Shown piece by piece: positions 52,749-62,623 of a stretch of 64,000 bases of DNA. The notes under the pieces are model-generated. The model did not search any database. It saw only the letters and a list, made by a program, of their open reading frames with translations, and was not told where the DNA came from. Numbering within the stretch: position 1 is the first letter of the stretch; every line of letters starts with the position of its first letter. The position numbers were made by a program, and so were the translations under genes. The stretch comes from an uncultured Alphaproteobacteria bacterium (GTDB lineage Bacteria > Pseudomonadota > Alphaproteobacteria > Rhizobiales > Methyloligellaceae), in the NCBI GenBank assembly GCA_963740805.1, contig CAVUFL010000004.1, positions 106,966 to 170,965 of the forward strand, written 5' to 3'.

Positions 52749-54220
52749 GAGAGAACGTCATCGCGGCAAATCAATCCGCGGCAGCCGGCGGCCAGCTTCA
52801 AGCCCCGGCTCGGGCCGGAGCGCGGGCGGACGAAGCGGACCGCTCGTGGAAAAGGATCGTCGCGGAGTTCGAGTCGCTTGCCGCCAGGCTCGATGCCGCG
52901 GGGCTCGGCCCCGCCGACTATCTTTACGCACCACTGAAATTGCGGCTGCAACATCCAGCCAACGAGCAAAGCTCGTACCTTACCTCCGTCGTAAAAGTCT
53001 GTCGGCTCATCCTCACCCCACCTCCGACACCGCGGAGACTTGGACATGCGGCCATTCTCGCCGCAAGCTCGTACTCGGTCTCGGCAAAATTTTTGCGTTC
53101 AGTCGTGGAGTCTTTCGAGCCGGGAGAAGCGATCTTGTGCGACGTGAGCGACCATAGTCGAAGCGCATCGCGCAAAGTCCTTGACTCCCTTCGGGCGCTG
53201 GCAGGGCTCTGTCCGGCGTTGATCTTCGCCATTCGCGTGAATTCCCTGCTCAAAGCGGCTGGAACAGGATCAGCCGAGCGCCGCCTCATCGCCGAAGCCG
53301 GCTTGGTCCATGCCACGTATCGGCGGGCTGCCTGTGCCGTTCTGAGCGAGACCAAGCCCGAATGCCTGGTACTCGGCAACGGCAATCGACCCTTCGAATT
53401 TGCCCTCTTTGCCGAGGCAAGGAGGATGGGTTTCGCCACCGTTCTACTGCCTTATGCCGAGATCAACCCGAAGCCAGCGCGCTTTTTCTCCCTCTGCCGC
53501 GGGGCGTTCGACCTCGCGCTTCCCTTCTCCGATCACTCGGCCGCGGAGATTTGCAAATTGCGCGAGGAGGCGGCGATCGCGGTGGTCGGGTTTCCACGAG
53601 CCTCAGTCCGGAGTGAAGTGAGATCAAAGCCGGACGGAAAGGCTTTCACAGCCCTCTATATCTCCGGCAACAATTTCGAGCAGGAAGCCTCGGCCATTCT
53701 GCGCGACGCGTTCGCTGACTCTAAACGTCGATGCCTCCGCGTAAGACTTCATCCGCGCAATAGCGAAGCCGAAATGCGAGGGCTCTTTAGCTGGATCTCG
53801 CCGGATCAAATTTCCTATCCGCTAAAGACGCCTCTTGCCGATGACATAGGCTCGGCCGACGTGGCGATCATGGTGCGCTCTACGGTCGCCCTTGATGCGA
53901 TGTTCGCCGGCGTGCCGGTGATCTGGCTTTCGCCCAAAGAGCATCTCCCCGAGATCGAAGGTCACCCGATCCGCAAGCAAGGACTCGCCTTGCTCGAAGC
54001 CTCTAAGCCCGATCAGCTGCGCGCGATCGTGGAGAATCTCGGCGACGCGAAGGAACGGAAGCGCATCGCGGATGAACAGTTGCGGAGACTTAAGGCGGCT
54101 GGGTACACGCAGGGCTATTTCGAGGCGGTCAAATCTGCGCTCCGGCGTCTCGTCGATGAACTCCGCTCAGGGAAACACCCTAAGACCGCCGCCGTCGCAG
54201 CGGCGGTGACCAAGACTTGA
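52745..54220 (+). CDS. GT-B-like capsule/sialyltransferase-like protein
   Basis: C-terminal RVRLHPRN and ADVAIMVRSTVALDAMFAGVPVI motifs seen in TagF/KpsS/sialyltransferase-like folds; TTG overlaps the upstream stop. Confidence 0.55.
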   Translation: MRENVIAANQSAAAGGQLQAPARAGARADEADRSWKRIVAEFESLAARLDAAGLGPADYLYAPLKLRLQHPANEQSSYLTSVVKVCRLILTPPPTPRRLGHAAILAASSYSVSAKFLRSVVESFEPGEAILCDVSDHSRSASRKVLDSLRALAGLCPALIFAIRVNSLLKAAGTGSAERRLIAEAGLVHATYRRAACAVLSETKPECLVLGNGNRPFEFALFAEARRMGFATVLLPYAEINPKPARFFSLCRGAFDLALPFSDHSAAEICKLREEAAIAVVGFPRASVRSEVRSKPDGKAFTALYISGNNFEQEASAILRDAFADSKRRCLRVRLHPRNSEAEMRGLFSWISPDQISYPLKTPLADDIGSADVAIMVRSTVALDAMFAGVPVIWLSPKEHLPEIEGHPIRKQGLALLEASKPDQLRAIVENLGDAKERKRIADEQLRRLKAAGYTQGYFEAVKSALRRLVDELRSGKHPKTAAVAAAVTKT

Positions 54221-54263
54221 ATTGCGCAACAATGCGTTCCGCCGTGGCGCTGCCAGGATTGCA

Positions 54264-55557
54264 ATGAGCGAGAAAGCCAAAAACTTCATTCTGCTCGTCG
54301 AGATCGTGGAGAGAGAGTTGCCGGCGAGCGTGCTCGTCGGCGCCGAGCTTGCCGCTCGCGGCCATAATGTGTGGCTGATCGAAAAAGGGAGGTTCCGCAA
54401 GTCTCCCGCCTCCTTCCCACCCAGTCTCGTGCTGGAAAAAGGACTGTCTAAGGGATGTCTGTCGCGCTTTCGATCCATTCGCAGCGCAGGCCACGCCTTG
54501 GCAGTGATGTGCCAGGAGGGTTTCATCTATCGCTCGGGCGAAGACTATATCCAACGCCGCGTTCACCCCGAGACGGTGCGCAACATCGACTATTTGTTCC
54601 TTTGGGGAGAGCGGCAGAAAAAGGACCTGGAGCCCTTCCTCGGAAGCGTACGGAGCTATCGCGTGACCGGGAACCCGCGCCTTGATCTCCTGCACAGCCG
54701 CTTCCGCAAATCGTGGGAGGGCGAGGCGGAAGCAATCCGCGCCAAGCATGGGGACTTCGTCCTGTTCACTTCGCGCTTCAGCGCCGTCAACCATTTTCGC
54801 CGCAGCCTTGACGAGACTTCTCGATCGCCGTAAGGAGCAATACACCGCGGGCGCCGAAGAGACCGTGGGCGAGCGCCTAGAGCTTCGCCGCCAAATCTTT
54901 GTAGCTTACATGGACGCCATCGCGGAGATTGCCGCGCGTCTCCCCAACTTGAAATTCATTGTGCGCCCGCACCCGATCGAGAATGCCGAGACATGGACGT
55001 CCCGGCTCGAGTCGGTCGCAAATGTCGACATCTTGAGCGACGGCGTTGCCAATCCTTGGCTCGCCGCGGCGCGTTGCGTCGTCCACAACGCCTGCACCAC
55101 AGGCATCGAGGCCTATTTGCTCGACAAGCCGGTAATCGAGTATCATCCGGCCTCCATCCCGCGCGGAGAGTTCGATCCCATCCTGCCGGGCCAAGTCACG
55201 GGGAGCTGCGACAATGTCGAGGAGCTGGCGCGATGGATCGAGAATTATGCCTACGGCGGCGCCCGCGTGCAACGCAACCGCGAGACGGAGGAGCTGATCG
55301 ACTACTATCTGAAAAATTACCGACAGCCGAATGCCTATCGGGAGATGGCAGACGCTCTCGAAAGCTTCCGTGGACCAAGACCATGGGCTAAATTGCTAAA
55401 CAAGCTGTCACAAAAGCACGACGCGCGTAAGATGCAGCAGCGCTATTTTTCGGTCGGGGAGGTGGACCGTTTGCTTCAGGCCTATGTGGATTGCGAGCTG
55501 AGGGACAAATTTCCGCCCCCGGTGTTCGACGAGGTCGGCATCAGGCTCGTGAGCTAA
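54264..55557 (+). CDS. surface carbohydrate biosynthesis protein (LIC13510-like), frameshift ~54818
   Basis: VEIVEREL, QEG, LWGE, VTGNPRLDLL; continues IVRPHPIEN, VVHNACTTGIEA. Confidence 0.78.
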
Positions 55558-55674
55558 GCGGCGCTACATAACCCAGCAGATTGGCCGCTGGGAGGACGTG
55601 AACCGGCGTCTTGCCAGCTGTCGACGACCCATCTTCAAACAAGTTTTGGACCAATATCGTTTAGAGTTGCATTC

Positions 55675-56568
55675 ATGGCAGCGGAATTCTCGCCAGCACA
55701 GTCACCGAGGGCCGGCAATGGCCCGGATTTTTTGATCATCGGCGCGCAGCGCGCCGGAACGACTTGGTTGCATCGGGTCCTGCGTCAGCATCCGTCGCTT
55801 TGGCTGGCCCCGGTGAAAGAGCTGCATTATTTCGACAAGCTCGGTACCACCCGCACCTGTCTCGACCCGAAGGAGAGGCAACGTCTCGGTTTGCGTCGGC
55901 TGATGTCATTCGACCCTTGGGAGATTCGTTTTTGGCTCGGGAGGCGCGATGACGCATGGTACGCGCGCCTCTTTCATGACGCTCGGCGCAAGGGGTTCAT
56001 CGCCGGCGAGATCACACCCGCTTATGCCATTCTCGGCGAGGATGTTTGGCGCCGCATCAAACGCATGAACGAGGACGTGAAGCTGATTTTCATCATGCGC
56101 GATCCGCTGGATCGCGCCTGGTCCGCTGTCAACAATGCCGCGCGCAAGGGGCAAATCGACGGCGCTCTCACTGCCGACAAAGCCGTCGCCCGTGCCCGCT
56201 CATCCGGCACAGATGCGCGCTCTTGCTATACCAAGACGATGCAAACACTTGAGAGGGTGTTTGAGCCTTCACAACTGCATTATTGCTTCTTCGACGATCT
56301 TCGGGATCGGCCGGAGAGGCTCGTAACAGAAATTCTGTCTTTTGTCGGTGCGCCGCCCGGCGAAGTGGCCTCCTATCTGCCCGCGGAAGCGGTAAATTCC
56401 GCAGCGGGATCGAAGCCCGCGCCAATCGAGTTTCAGCGTGAGATGGCTAAAGACTATCTTCCCATGGTTACCGAGATGTGCCGGCGGTTCGAAGGACCGC
56501 CGCATAAATGGTGCGCGCGCTACGAGACGCTGCTCAACGGGGCGACCGAACCTCTTCAAGCTGGCTGA
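55675..56568 (+). CDS. sulfotransferase
   Basis: PDFLIIGAQRAGTTWL, KELHYFD, GEITPAY, MRDPLDRAWS. Confidence 0.9.
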   Translation: MAAEFSPAQSPRAGNGPDFLIIGAQRAGTTWLHRVLRQHPSLWLAPVKELHYFDKLGTTRTCLDPKERQRLGLRRLMSFDPWEIRFWLGRRDDAWYARLFHDARRKGFIAGEITPAYAILGEDVWRRIKRMNEDVKLIFIMRDPLDRAWSAVNNAARKGQIDGALTADKAVARARSSGTDARSCYTKTMQTLERVFEPSQLHYCFFDDLRDRPERLVTEILSFVGAPPGEVASYLPAEAVNSAAGSKPAPIEFQREMAKDYLPMVTEMCRRFEGPPHKWCARYETLLNGATEPLQAG

Positions 56569-56595
56569 GCGCGCACCCGAGGAGGAGATGCTAGA

Positions 56596-57408
56596 GTGCA
56601 GGTTATTTTCATCGCCAGCCTGAGCCACAGCGGCTCCACACTCCTCGACCTGATGCTCAACGCGCATCCAGAGGTGATGTCGGTCGGCGAGCTGAAGCAG
56701 CTTGGCCGTTTCGCGCGCCTCGAAAAGATAGGCCGCCGCCGCCGTTGCACCTGCGGCGCGGCGACGGTGCACGACTGCGAATTCTGGAGCAGGGTCGGCG
56801 CGCTCACGGAAGTCGCTACGGGCCAGAGCCTCCCGGACCTGAATGTCGAGGATTACGGCGACGAAGCGAGTTTCAACCGGGATAGCGTCATTTTGTTGCG
56901 GGCGATCGCTGAAGCGTCCGGCAAGGAGTACATCGTTGATTCCTCGAAAAACACCCCGAGGCTGCTGTTGTTGTTGCGCAACCCGGACATCAACGTCTTC
57001 CCGGTCTTTCTATTGCGCAATCCGAAGGGACAGATCTGCTCCGCCAAGAAGCGGCCGGTCCCGCTTGCGACCCTCATCGGAAGCTATATCCGCACCAATC
57101 GCGAGATCTACAACGCCGTGAAGGATCGTCCGCACGCGGTGGTTCGCTACGAGCAGCTCGTGCAGCGGCCGGAGGAGACGCTGACCTCGCTCATGCAAGG
57201 TCTCGGGCTCGCCTTCGATCCGCGCCAACTGCAATGGGCGACGCCGGTGCGCCACAATGTCGGCGGCAACGGCATGCGCAGACGCGCTTCGGGCGAGCTG
57301 AAGCTCGACGAGCGATGGCGCGACCAATTGAGTCTCGTGGAAAAGGTCGCCATCGACATCGGCACCGTTCCCGGGCGCTATCCTTTCCTCAAGCTTGGCT
57401 TGCACTAG
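56596..57408 (+). CDS. sulfotransferase
   Basis: SHSGSTLLDLMLNAHP, IVDSSK, LRNPKG, VRYEQLV, HNVGGN. Confidence 0.88.
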   Translation: MQVIFIASLSHSGSTLLDLMLNAHPEVMSVGELKQLGRFARLEKIGRRRRCTCGAATVHDCEFWSRVGALTEVATGQSLPDLNVEDYGDEASFNRDSVILLRAIAEASGKEYIVDSSKNTPRLLLLLRNPDINVFPVFLLRNPKGQICSAKKRPVPLATLIGSYIRTNREIYNAVKDRPHAVVRYEQLVQRPEETLTSLMQGLGLAFDPRQLQWATPVRHNVGGNGMRRRASGELKLDERWRDQLSLVEKVAIDIGTVPGRYPFLKLGLH

Positions 57409-57423
57409 ATTTTTGGGGGCGGC

Positions 57424-58302
57424 ATGAGCGGCGCGCGGGTGCAATTGATCCTCATTGGTGGCGCGCAGCGGTCTGGGACGACGCTGTTGCAGACATTGCT
57501 GGCCAACGTCCTTGACGAGCCGATTCTACCGGAGGTCCACATTCTCTGCGATATGTTGGCGTCGTTTAAGAGGGCCAAAGAGACTTCGAACAAGACTCGC
57601 TTCTACTATCGCAGCGATGCCGACCTTCTGTCCTTTTTTCAATTTTGCGCCGATCGCCATATCGCGGATTTAGTGGAGAACGTAGGTGCTCGATCTGCCC
57701 TGGTTCTTAAAGATCCAAATTTTGTACAGGTCGATGCGGAAGCCACGGTCGTTTTGCCGGAGGCAGTTCGTATTGCTTGTCTGAGGGATCCGCGTGACAT
57801 TGCTGCCTCGTTCTTGCGTATCGGACAACGGGAGCCACGCGAAGCCCAAGCAAGCAAATATCGCAGACGCGATATCCATTTCATCGCTAACAAGATTTTA
57901 GCGTCCTACGAGCCCCTATTGGGGAGACGGGCACCTCCGCGACTAATCCGCTACGAGGCGTTGGTCACTAATCCCGAACAGGTGCTTAAGGCCCTTGCTT
58001 CCGAGAGCGGGCTTGAGCTCGATATTGGGCGACTCAACAATCCCACGTGGCTCGACGCCGAAGCACGTCACAAGTCGTCATGGATCGGCGAGCTTGAGGG
58101 GAAGAAGGCGTCACCAGCGAGCGTCGGCGCCTATAGGACAGTACTGCGGCCAAACGAAATTGCCCTCGTCGAACACATCTGCGAAGCCATCATGGTGTGG
58201 GGCGACTATGAGATGTCCTTTCCATCAGCCGATCGGGGACTTACCATAATTGCCCGGGGCCTACTAAATCGGCTGAGGAGAACCTGTGCGTCATACCGCT
58301 AG
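57424..58302 (+). CDS. sulfotransferase
   Basis: IGGAQRSGTTLLQ, LKDP, LRDPRDIAAS, IRYEALV. Confidence 0.88.
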   Translation: MSGARVQLILIGGAQRSGTTLLQTLLANVLDEPILPEVHILCDMLASFKRAKETSNKTRFYYRSDADLLSFFQFCADRHIADLVENVGARSALVLKDPNFVQVDAEATVVLPEAVRIACLRDPRDIAASFLRIGQREPREAQASKYRRRDIHFIANKILASYEPLLGRRAPPRLIRYEALVTNPEQVLKALASESGLELDIGRLNNPTWLDAEARHKSSWIGELEGKKASPASVGAYRTVLRPNEIALVEHICEAIMVWGDYEMSFPSADRGLTIIARGLLNRLRRTCASYR

Positions 58303-58385
58303 CGATTCTCCCAACTCTGAGCCACGCGAGATGTTTATTCGGCCCGGCCGTTTTGTTTTCATTTTTGTGGCGATGGAGCCGAAAG

Positions 58386-59576
58386 ATGCCACGAGGCAGT
58401 GACGTCACAGGCCATCGGCTCCTAGTGGTCACCGAATCACTCGGGGTTGGCGGAACGGAAAGCCACCTCATTCGAACTCTCCCGCCGCTCGCAGCTTCCG
58501 GCTGGAGCGTGGTGGCGTTCTGCTTGACTGAACGCGGCGAGCGGGCAGCGCAAGTCGAAGCGGCGGGCATCAAGGTTTACGCTGCCCCCCGGCTGTCAAG
58601 ACGCAAGGGATCGTTCTTGCGCTACCCGGCGCACGTGACCCTTGCCGTGAATAAACTCTACTGGCTGATGCGGCGCTGGCAGCCGCACATCGCCCACTTC
58701 TATCTTCCCGGTCCCTATTTGGTCGGCGCTAATGTCGCAATTGCGGCGCGCGTGCCCATCAAGATCATGAGCCGGCGCAGCCTTTCCAACTATCAGCGCA
58801 ACTGGCCTTTGGTCGCCCAGCTGGAGCGGCGGCTACACACCAAGATGGACGCGGTAATTGGAAATTCTCGCGCGGTCGTGCGCCAGCTGATCGAGGAGGG
58901 CATCCCCGAGGCCAAGGTCAGATTGATCTATAATGGTATCGAAGTGTCACAGACCCCCCCAGACCGCGACCAAGCGCGCCGGGCGCTTGGCATCGATGAC
59001 GACACGCTGCTCGGCGTGGCCATCGCTAATCTCATTCACTACAAAGGCCATCGCGATCTGGTGAGGGGCCTGTCGCATGTCGAGCAGGCGCTTCCTTCCA
59101 ACTGGCGCATCTTGGTGGCCGGGCGTGACCACGGCATCGGGGCCGAGCTTGAGGCGCTCGCGGTAGCACGAGGGATCAGCCACCGCATCCAGTTTCTCGG
59201 AGAGTATCCCGACATTCAGGGGCTGCTTACGGCCGCGGATTTCGGCCTCTTGACCTCGCACGAAGAAGGTTTCTCCAACGTTATTCTCGAAGGCATGGCA
59301 GCGGGTCTCGCAATGATCGTCACCGATGTTGGCGGCAACGCCGAGGCAGTGCTTCACGCTGAAACAGGATTGGTGGTACCGCCGAGAGATCCAAAAGCGA
59401 TCAGCGACGCCATCATCGCGCTTGCACGCGATCCCGAAAACAGAAAGCGTTTCGGCGCTGCGGCTCGCCGGCGCGTGCAAAAGGAGTTTTCCATCGACAA
59501 ATGCGTTGAGGCACATGCTGACCTTTACCAGGAAATGCTCGACAAGGTCGAACCGAGGAAAGTCGCGGCGGAATAG
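58386..59576 (+). CDS. GT4 glycosyltransferase
   Basis: GGTESHL, IYNGIE, IANLIHYKGH, EGFSNVILEGMAAG, TDVGG. Confidence 0.92.
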   Translation: MPRGSDVTGHRLLVVTESLGVGGTESHLIRTLPPLAASGWSVVAFCLTERGERAAQVEAAGIKVYAAPRLSRRKGSFLRYPAHVTLAVNKLYWLMRRWQPHIAHFYLPGPYLVGANVAIAARVPIKIMSRRSLSNYQRNWPLVAQLERRLHTKMDAVIGNSRAVVRQLIEEGIPEAKVRLIYNGIEVSQTPPDRDQARRALGIDDDTLLGVAIANLIHYKGHRDLVRGLSHVEQALPSNWRILVAGRDHGIGAELEALAVARGISHRIQFLGEYPDIQGLLTAADFGLLTSHEEGFSNVILEGMAAGLAMIVTDVGGNAEAVLHAETGLVVPPRDPKAISDAIIALARDPENRKRFGAAARRRVQKEFSIDKCVEAHADLYQEMLDKVEPRKVAAE

Positions 59577-59977
59577 CCTCAACGCGCGATCGATCAAAGG
59601 GTGGCCTTCGGCAATCGGCGAGATCCCTGATCCCATCGCGAAGTCGAAATCATCTTCCGCACGACAATGAGATCAAACCAGACTTCTTAAGTGCACAGAT
59701 GGTGAGGGCCGCACGTGCATTCCTTGGAGCGCAACGCTCTAATCGACGGGATGGCCGTGGCGGCGGGTGAGAACGGTCACAACTCCGGCGTGGCCACCGA
59801 CGTTCTCGCTGCGAGGCAGATGAGGGATTGAACAGAGCCCGCTGCTTGCCAGCGCCACGTCACATAAGTCATCTGCGACCTCAACTAACGTCATCGCCCA
59901 CTCGGAAACAGCTTTGATCGAATCCCTCCTAAGCGTGCTGGAGGACGATGAGGACAGGGAAGCGAGATCGGTCTAGA

Positions 59978-61348
59978 ATGCAAAAGGACGTAGGAAAACG
60001 GGGCGGATATGACGGCGACACCACGAGCTGCGGGGAGAGCCTAGTGCCGCGCCCAAACCGTGCGGCGGCAGATGCCGCCCCCAACCTTGCCGGCACGTCG
60101 GAGAGAGCGGGAGGTCGGCAAGCTCCGAGAAGGACCAGCTCAAGGTCACGGCATCCGGCGAAACGCCTTGCTCTCGTCATCTCTCACCTCGGACCCGGCG
60201 GCGCTCAGCGAGTCGTTGCCAACGCTGTTGAAGTACTGGCCGATCGCGGGCTTGATCTTCACCTCTTGGTCTTCACCGAGCGCGGCGACGCCTATCCCAT
60301 CCACCCTGGGGCAACGTGCCATTATTGGCTGCCCTTGGGCTGTGATCGAACCGCTGTCAGCGCCGATCAGGACAACCTTGAGGACATTGCGCCGGCCCCT
60401 GCGCCGCGACCTGGCCAGCCGGGTTTGAAGTCTCTTCGCCGGTTGGTGCCGACCTCGGTTGCCTTCGGTTATGAGGTGGTGCGGATCTCGGCGTGGTTGC
60501 GGCGCACCATTCGGGCGATTGAGCCTGACGCCGTGCTCTCGTTTCTGACCCAGACGAACATCATGACGGTGCTCGCCACCCGCGGGCTGGCGGTGCGCAC
60601 CGTGATCTCGGAACGTAATGATCCGCGCCTCCAGCGTCATCGTCCGCGCGTGGAACTACTACGGCGCTTCGTCTATCGCTGGGCGGACGTGGTGACCGCA
60701 AATAGCCGGGGCGCACTTGCCGCCCTTGAACAATTCGTTCCAACGGAGAAGCTCGCTTTCCTGCCCAACCCGCTAGCGCGTTCCTTCACGACCGAGATCG
60801 TGAGCCATCAATCCCCGACCGTGATTACCGTAGGGCGCTTAGTGGAGCAGAAGGGGCTCGATGTCATGCTCGCCGCTTGGGCAAAATTCGTTGATAGAGT
60901 ACCGGGCTGGCAGCTTGCCATCGTTGGCGGCGGCCCGTTGGAGGCAGAGCTCAAGGAGTATGCCAAAGAGCTTGGCATTGAGGGCAGCGTTTGCTTGACC
61001 GGTCAGGTTACCGATCCCTTTCCGCTGCTTCGCGGCGCACAGTTCTTCGTCATGACCTCGCGTTTCGAAGGCACGCCGAATGCGTTGCTCGAGGCCATGG
61101 CCTGCGGACTTCCCGCCGTCGTGTCCAACGCCTCCCCTGGCCCGTGCGAGCTGATCGGCATAGGCGCCGACGCAGCGGGCTTGGTGGTCCCGGTCGAAAA
61201 CGCCGGCGCCACGGCGGAGGCCATGGTCCGCCTTGCGCAAAACGAGAAGCTGCGACGGCGGCTGGGCCTTCGGGCGAGCGAGCGCGCAAGCGCGTACGAA
61301 GCCGATCAGGCCATCGAGGTTTGGCTTCGGCTTCTGCGTTGCGAGTGA
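59978..61348 (+). CDS. GT4 glycosyltransferase (PglH/PglJ-like)
   Basis: LGPGGAQRV, ISERN, VGRLVEQKG, SRFEGTPNALLEAMACG; start uncertain. Confidence 0.9.
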   Translation: MQKDVGKRGGYDGDTTSCGESLVPRPNRAAADAAPNLAGTSERAGGRQAPRRTSSRSRHPAKRLALVISHLGPGGAQRVVANAVEVLADRGLDLHLLVFTERGDAYPIHPGATCHYWLPLGCDRTAVSADQDNLEDIAPAPAPRPGQPGLKSLRRLVPTSVAFGYEVVRISAWLRRTIRAIEPDAVLSFLTQTNIMTVLATRGLAVRTVISERNDPRLQRHRPRVELLRRFVYRWADVVTANSRGALAALEQFVPTEKLAFLPNPLARSFTTEIVSHQSPTVITVGRLVEQKGLDVMLAAWAKFVDRVPGWQLAIVGGGPLEAELKEYAKELGIEGSVCLTGQVTDPFPLLRGAQFFVMTSRFEGTPNALLEAMACGLPAVVSNASPGPCELIGIGADAAGLVVPVENAGATAEAMVRLAQNEKLRRRLGLRASERASAYEADQAIEVWLRLLRCE

Positions 61349-61351
61349 GCA

Positions 61352-62461
61352 GTGCGCATCGTCTTCGTCATTCCTAGTCTTGGTCCGGGCGGCGCCGAAC
61401 GCGTGGCCATTCTCTTGGCCAATGAATGGGTGGACAGAGGCCATGAGGTCACGCTGATAACTTTCGAAATGCGCGGTGCCGAACCTTTCTTTCCTCTGGA
61501 TCCTCGGGTTGAGGTGCGTGGGCTCGCAGCGTCGCAGCCATCGCGGAATCCAATTCTCGGGTTGGGCAAAAACAGCGTTCGTGTAACTCGCCTACGAGCC
61601 TTGCTGCGCAAAATGCGCCCCGATGCCGCCGTGGCCTTCATGACGGAAGCCAACGTGATAGCGGTTTGGTCTGCGAGAAACCTCGGTATTCCCGTGGTGA
61701 TTTCCGAACGCAACCAACCTGACAGACCGGGGCTCGGGCCGTACCATAGGCTGGCGCGCAGGCTATCCTATCCTCTTGCCGGTGCCATGGTAGTGCAAAC
61801 CGAAGAGATCGCAGCCTGGGCGAGAGCCTACTTTGGTATCCCCGTTCATATCATTCCAAATCCCGTGATAGGCACATCTGAGGCCTGGCCTCGCCCATCG
61901 CACGATGATGGCCGTGTTCTGGTATCGATCGGACGCCTTACCCAGCAAAAGGGCTTCGATATTCTCTTGCAAAGCTTCGCTGCCTTGACGGCGAAGCATC
62001 CTGACTGGAGGCTTGTAATCTACGGAGAGGGGCCAGACCGTTCCAGACTGGAGGAAATGCGGTCGAAGAGCGGATGCGCCAACCGAATCGATTTGCCGGG
62101 GCTCACCAAGGACAGCGTTCAGGTCTTGCGTAGGGCGAGCATATTTGTACTGCCGTCACGCTTTGAGGGTTATCCCAACGTCCTGCTTGAAGCGCTGAGC
62201 TGCAGCTTGCCAGTGATCGCCACGGCCTGCCCGGGGGCCACCGCGGAAATTCTTGCGAACGGGCGCCACGGCATGCTTGTGCCGCCGGACGACGTGCCGG
62301 CCTTGGCCGCCGCTCTCGACGTCATGATGTCGGACCCCGGCTGCCGTGACGCCTATGCCTCGCGGGCGCGGTCTGCGGTCGCAGGCCTCGATATCGCCGC
62401 GGTGGGTAGGCGCTGGCTTGATCTGCTGGCAACCGCGGCGAGAAAGATGGCTGCTGAATAG
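61352..62461 (+). CDS. GT4 glycosyltransferase (PglH/PglJ-like)
   Basis: LGPGGAERV, ISERN, IGRLTQQKGFD, SRFEGYPNVLLEA. Confidence 0.92.
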   Translation: MRIVFVIPSLGPGGAERVAILLANEWVDRGHEVTLITFEMRGAEPFFPLDPRVEVRGLAASQPSRNPILGLGKNSVRVTRLRALLRKMRPDAAVAFMTEANVIAVWSARNLGIPVVISERNQPDRPGLGPYHRLARRLSYPLAGAMVVQTEEIAAWARAYFGIPVHIIPNPVIGTSEAWPRPSHDDGRVLVSIGRLTQQKGFDILLQSFAALTAKHPDWRLVIYGEGPDRSRLEEMRSKSGCANRIDLPGLTKDSVQVLRRASIFVLPSRFEGYPNVLLEALSCSLPVIATACPGATAEILANGRHGMLVPPDDVPALAAALDVMMSDPGCRDAYASRARSAVAGLDIAAVGRRWLDLLATAARKMAAE

Positions 62462-62623
62462 CAGAACGCGCCAGGCTTTGGTTGACATCCATCCACCATT
62501 CAAGGGTCATAAACGATGTGAACAGGTACGAGGATCGTCCAGTAAGGACTTGCGTTTCCTAGGGTTCTCTTCTCTGATAAATGAACCCAGCACTGGCGAT
62601 CTGAAGCTGAGATGGTTGGGCTC

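Noticed and set aside
44398-55557. Programmed frameshifting or phase variation in the glycan genes
   Set aside because: The shift sites lack slippery heptamers or long homopolymer tracts, and similar indels occur in housekeeping genes; sequencing error is more parsimonious.
59684-59730. LSAQMVRAARAFLG, resembling the start of an XRE-family regulator
   Set aside because: Only ~14 codons with no start or continuation; too short to support.
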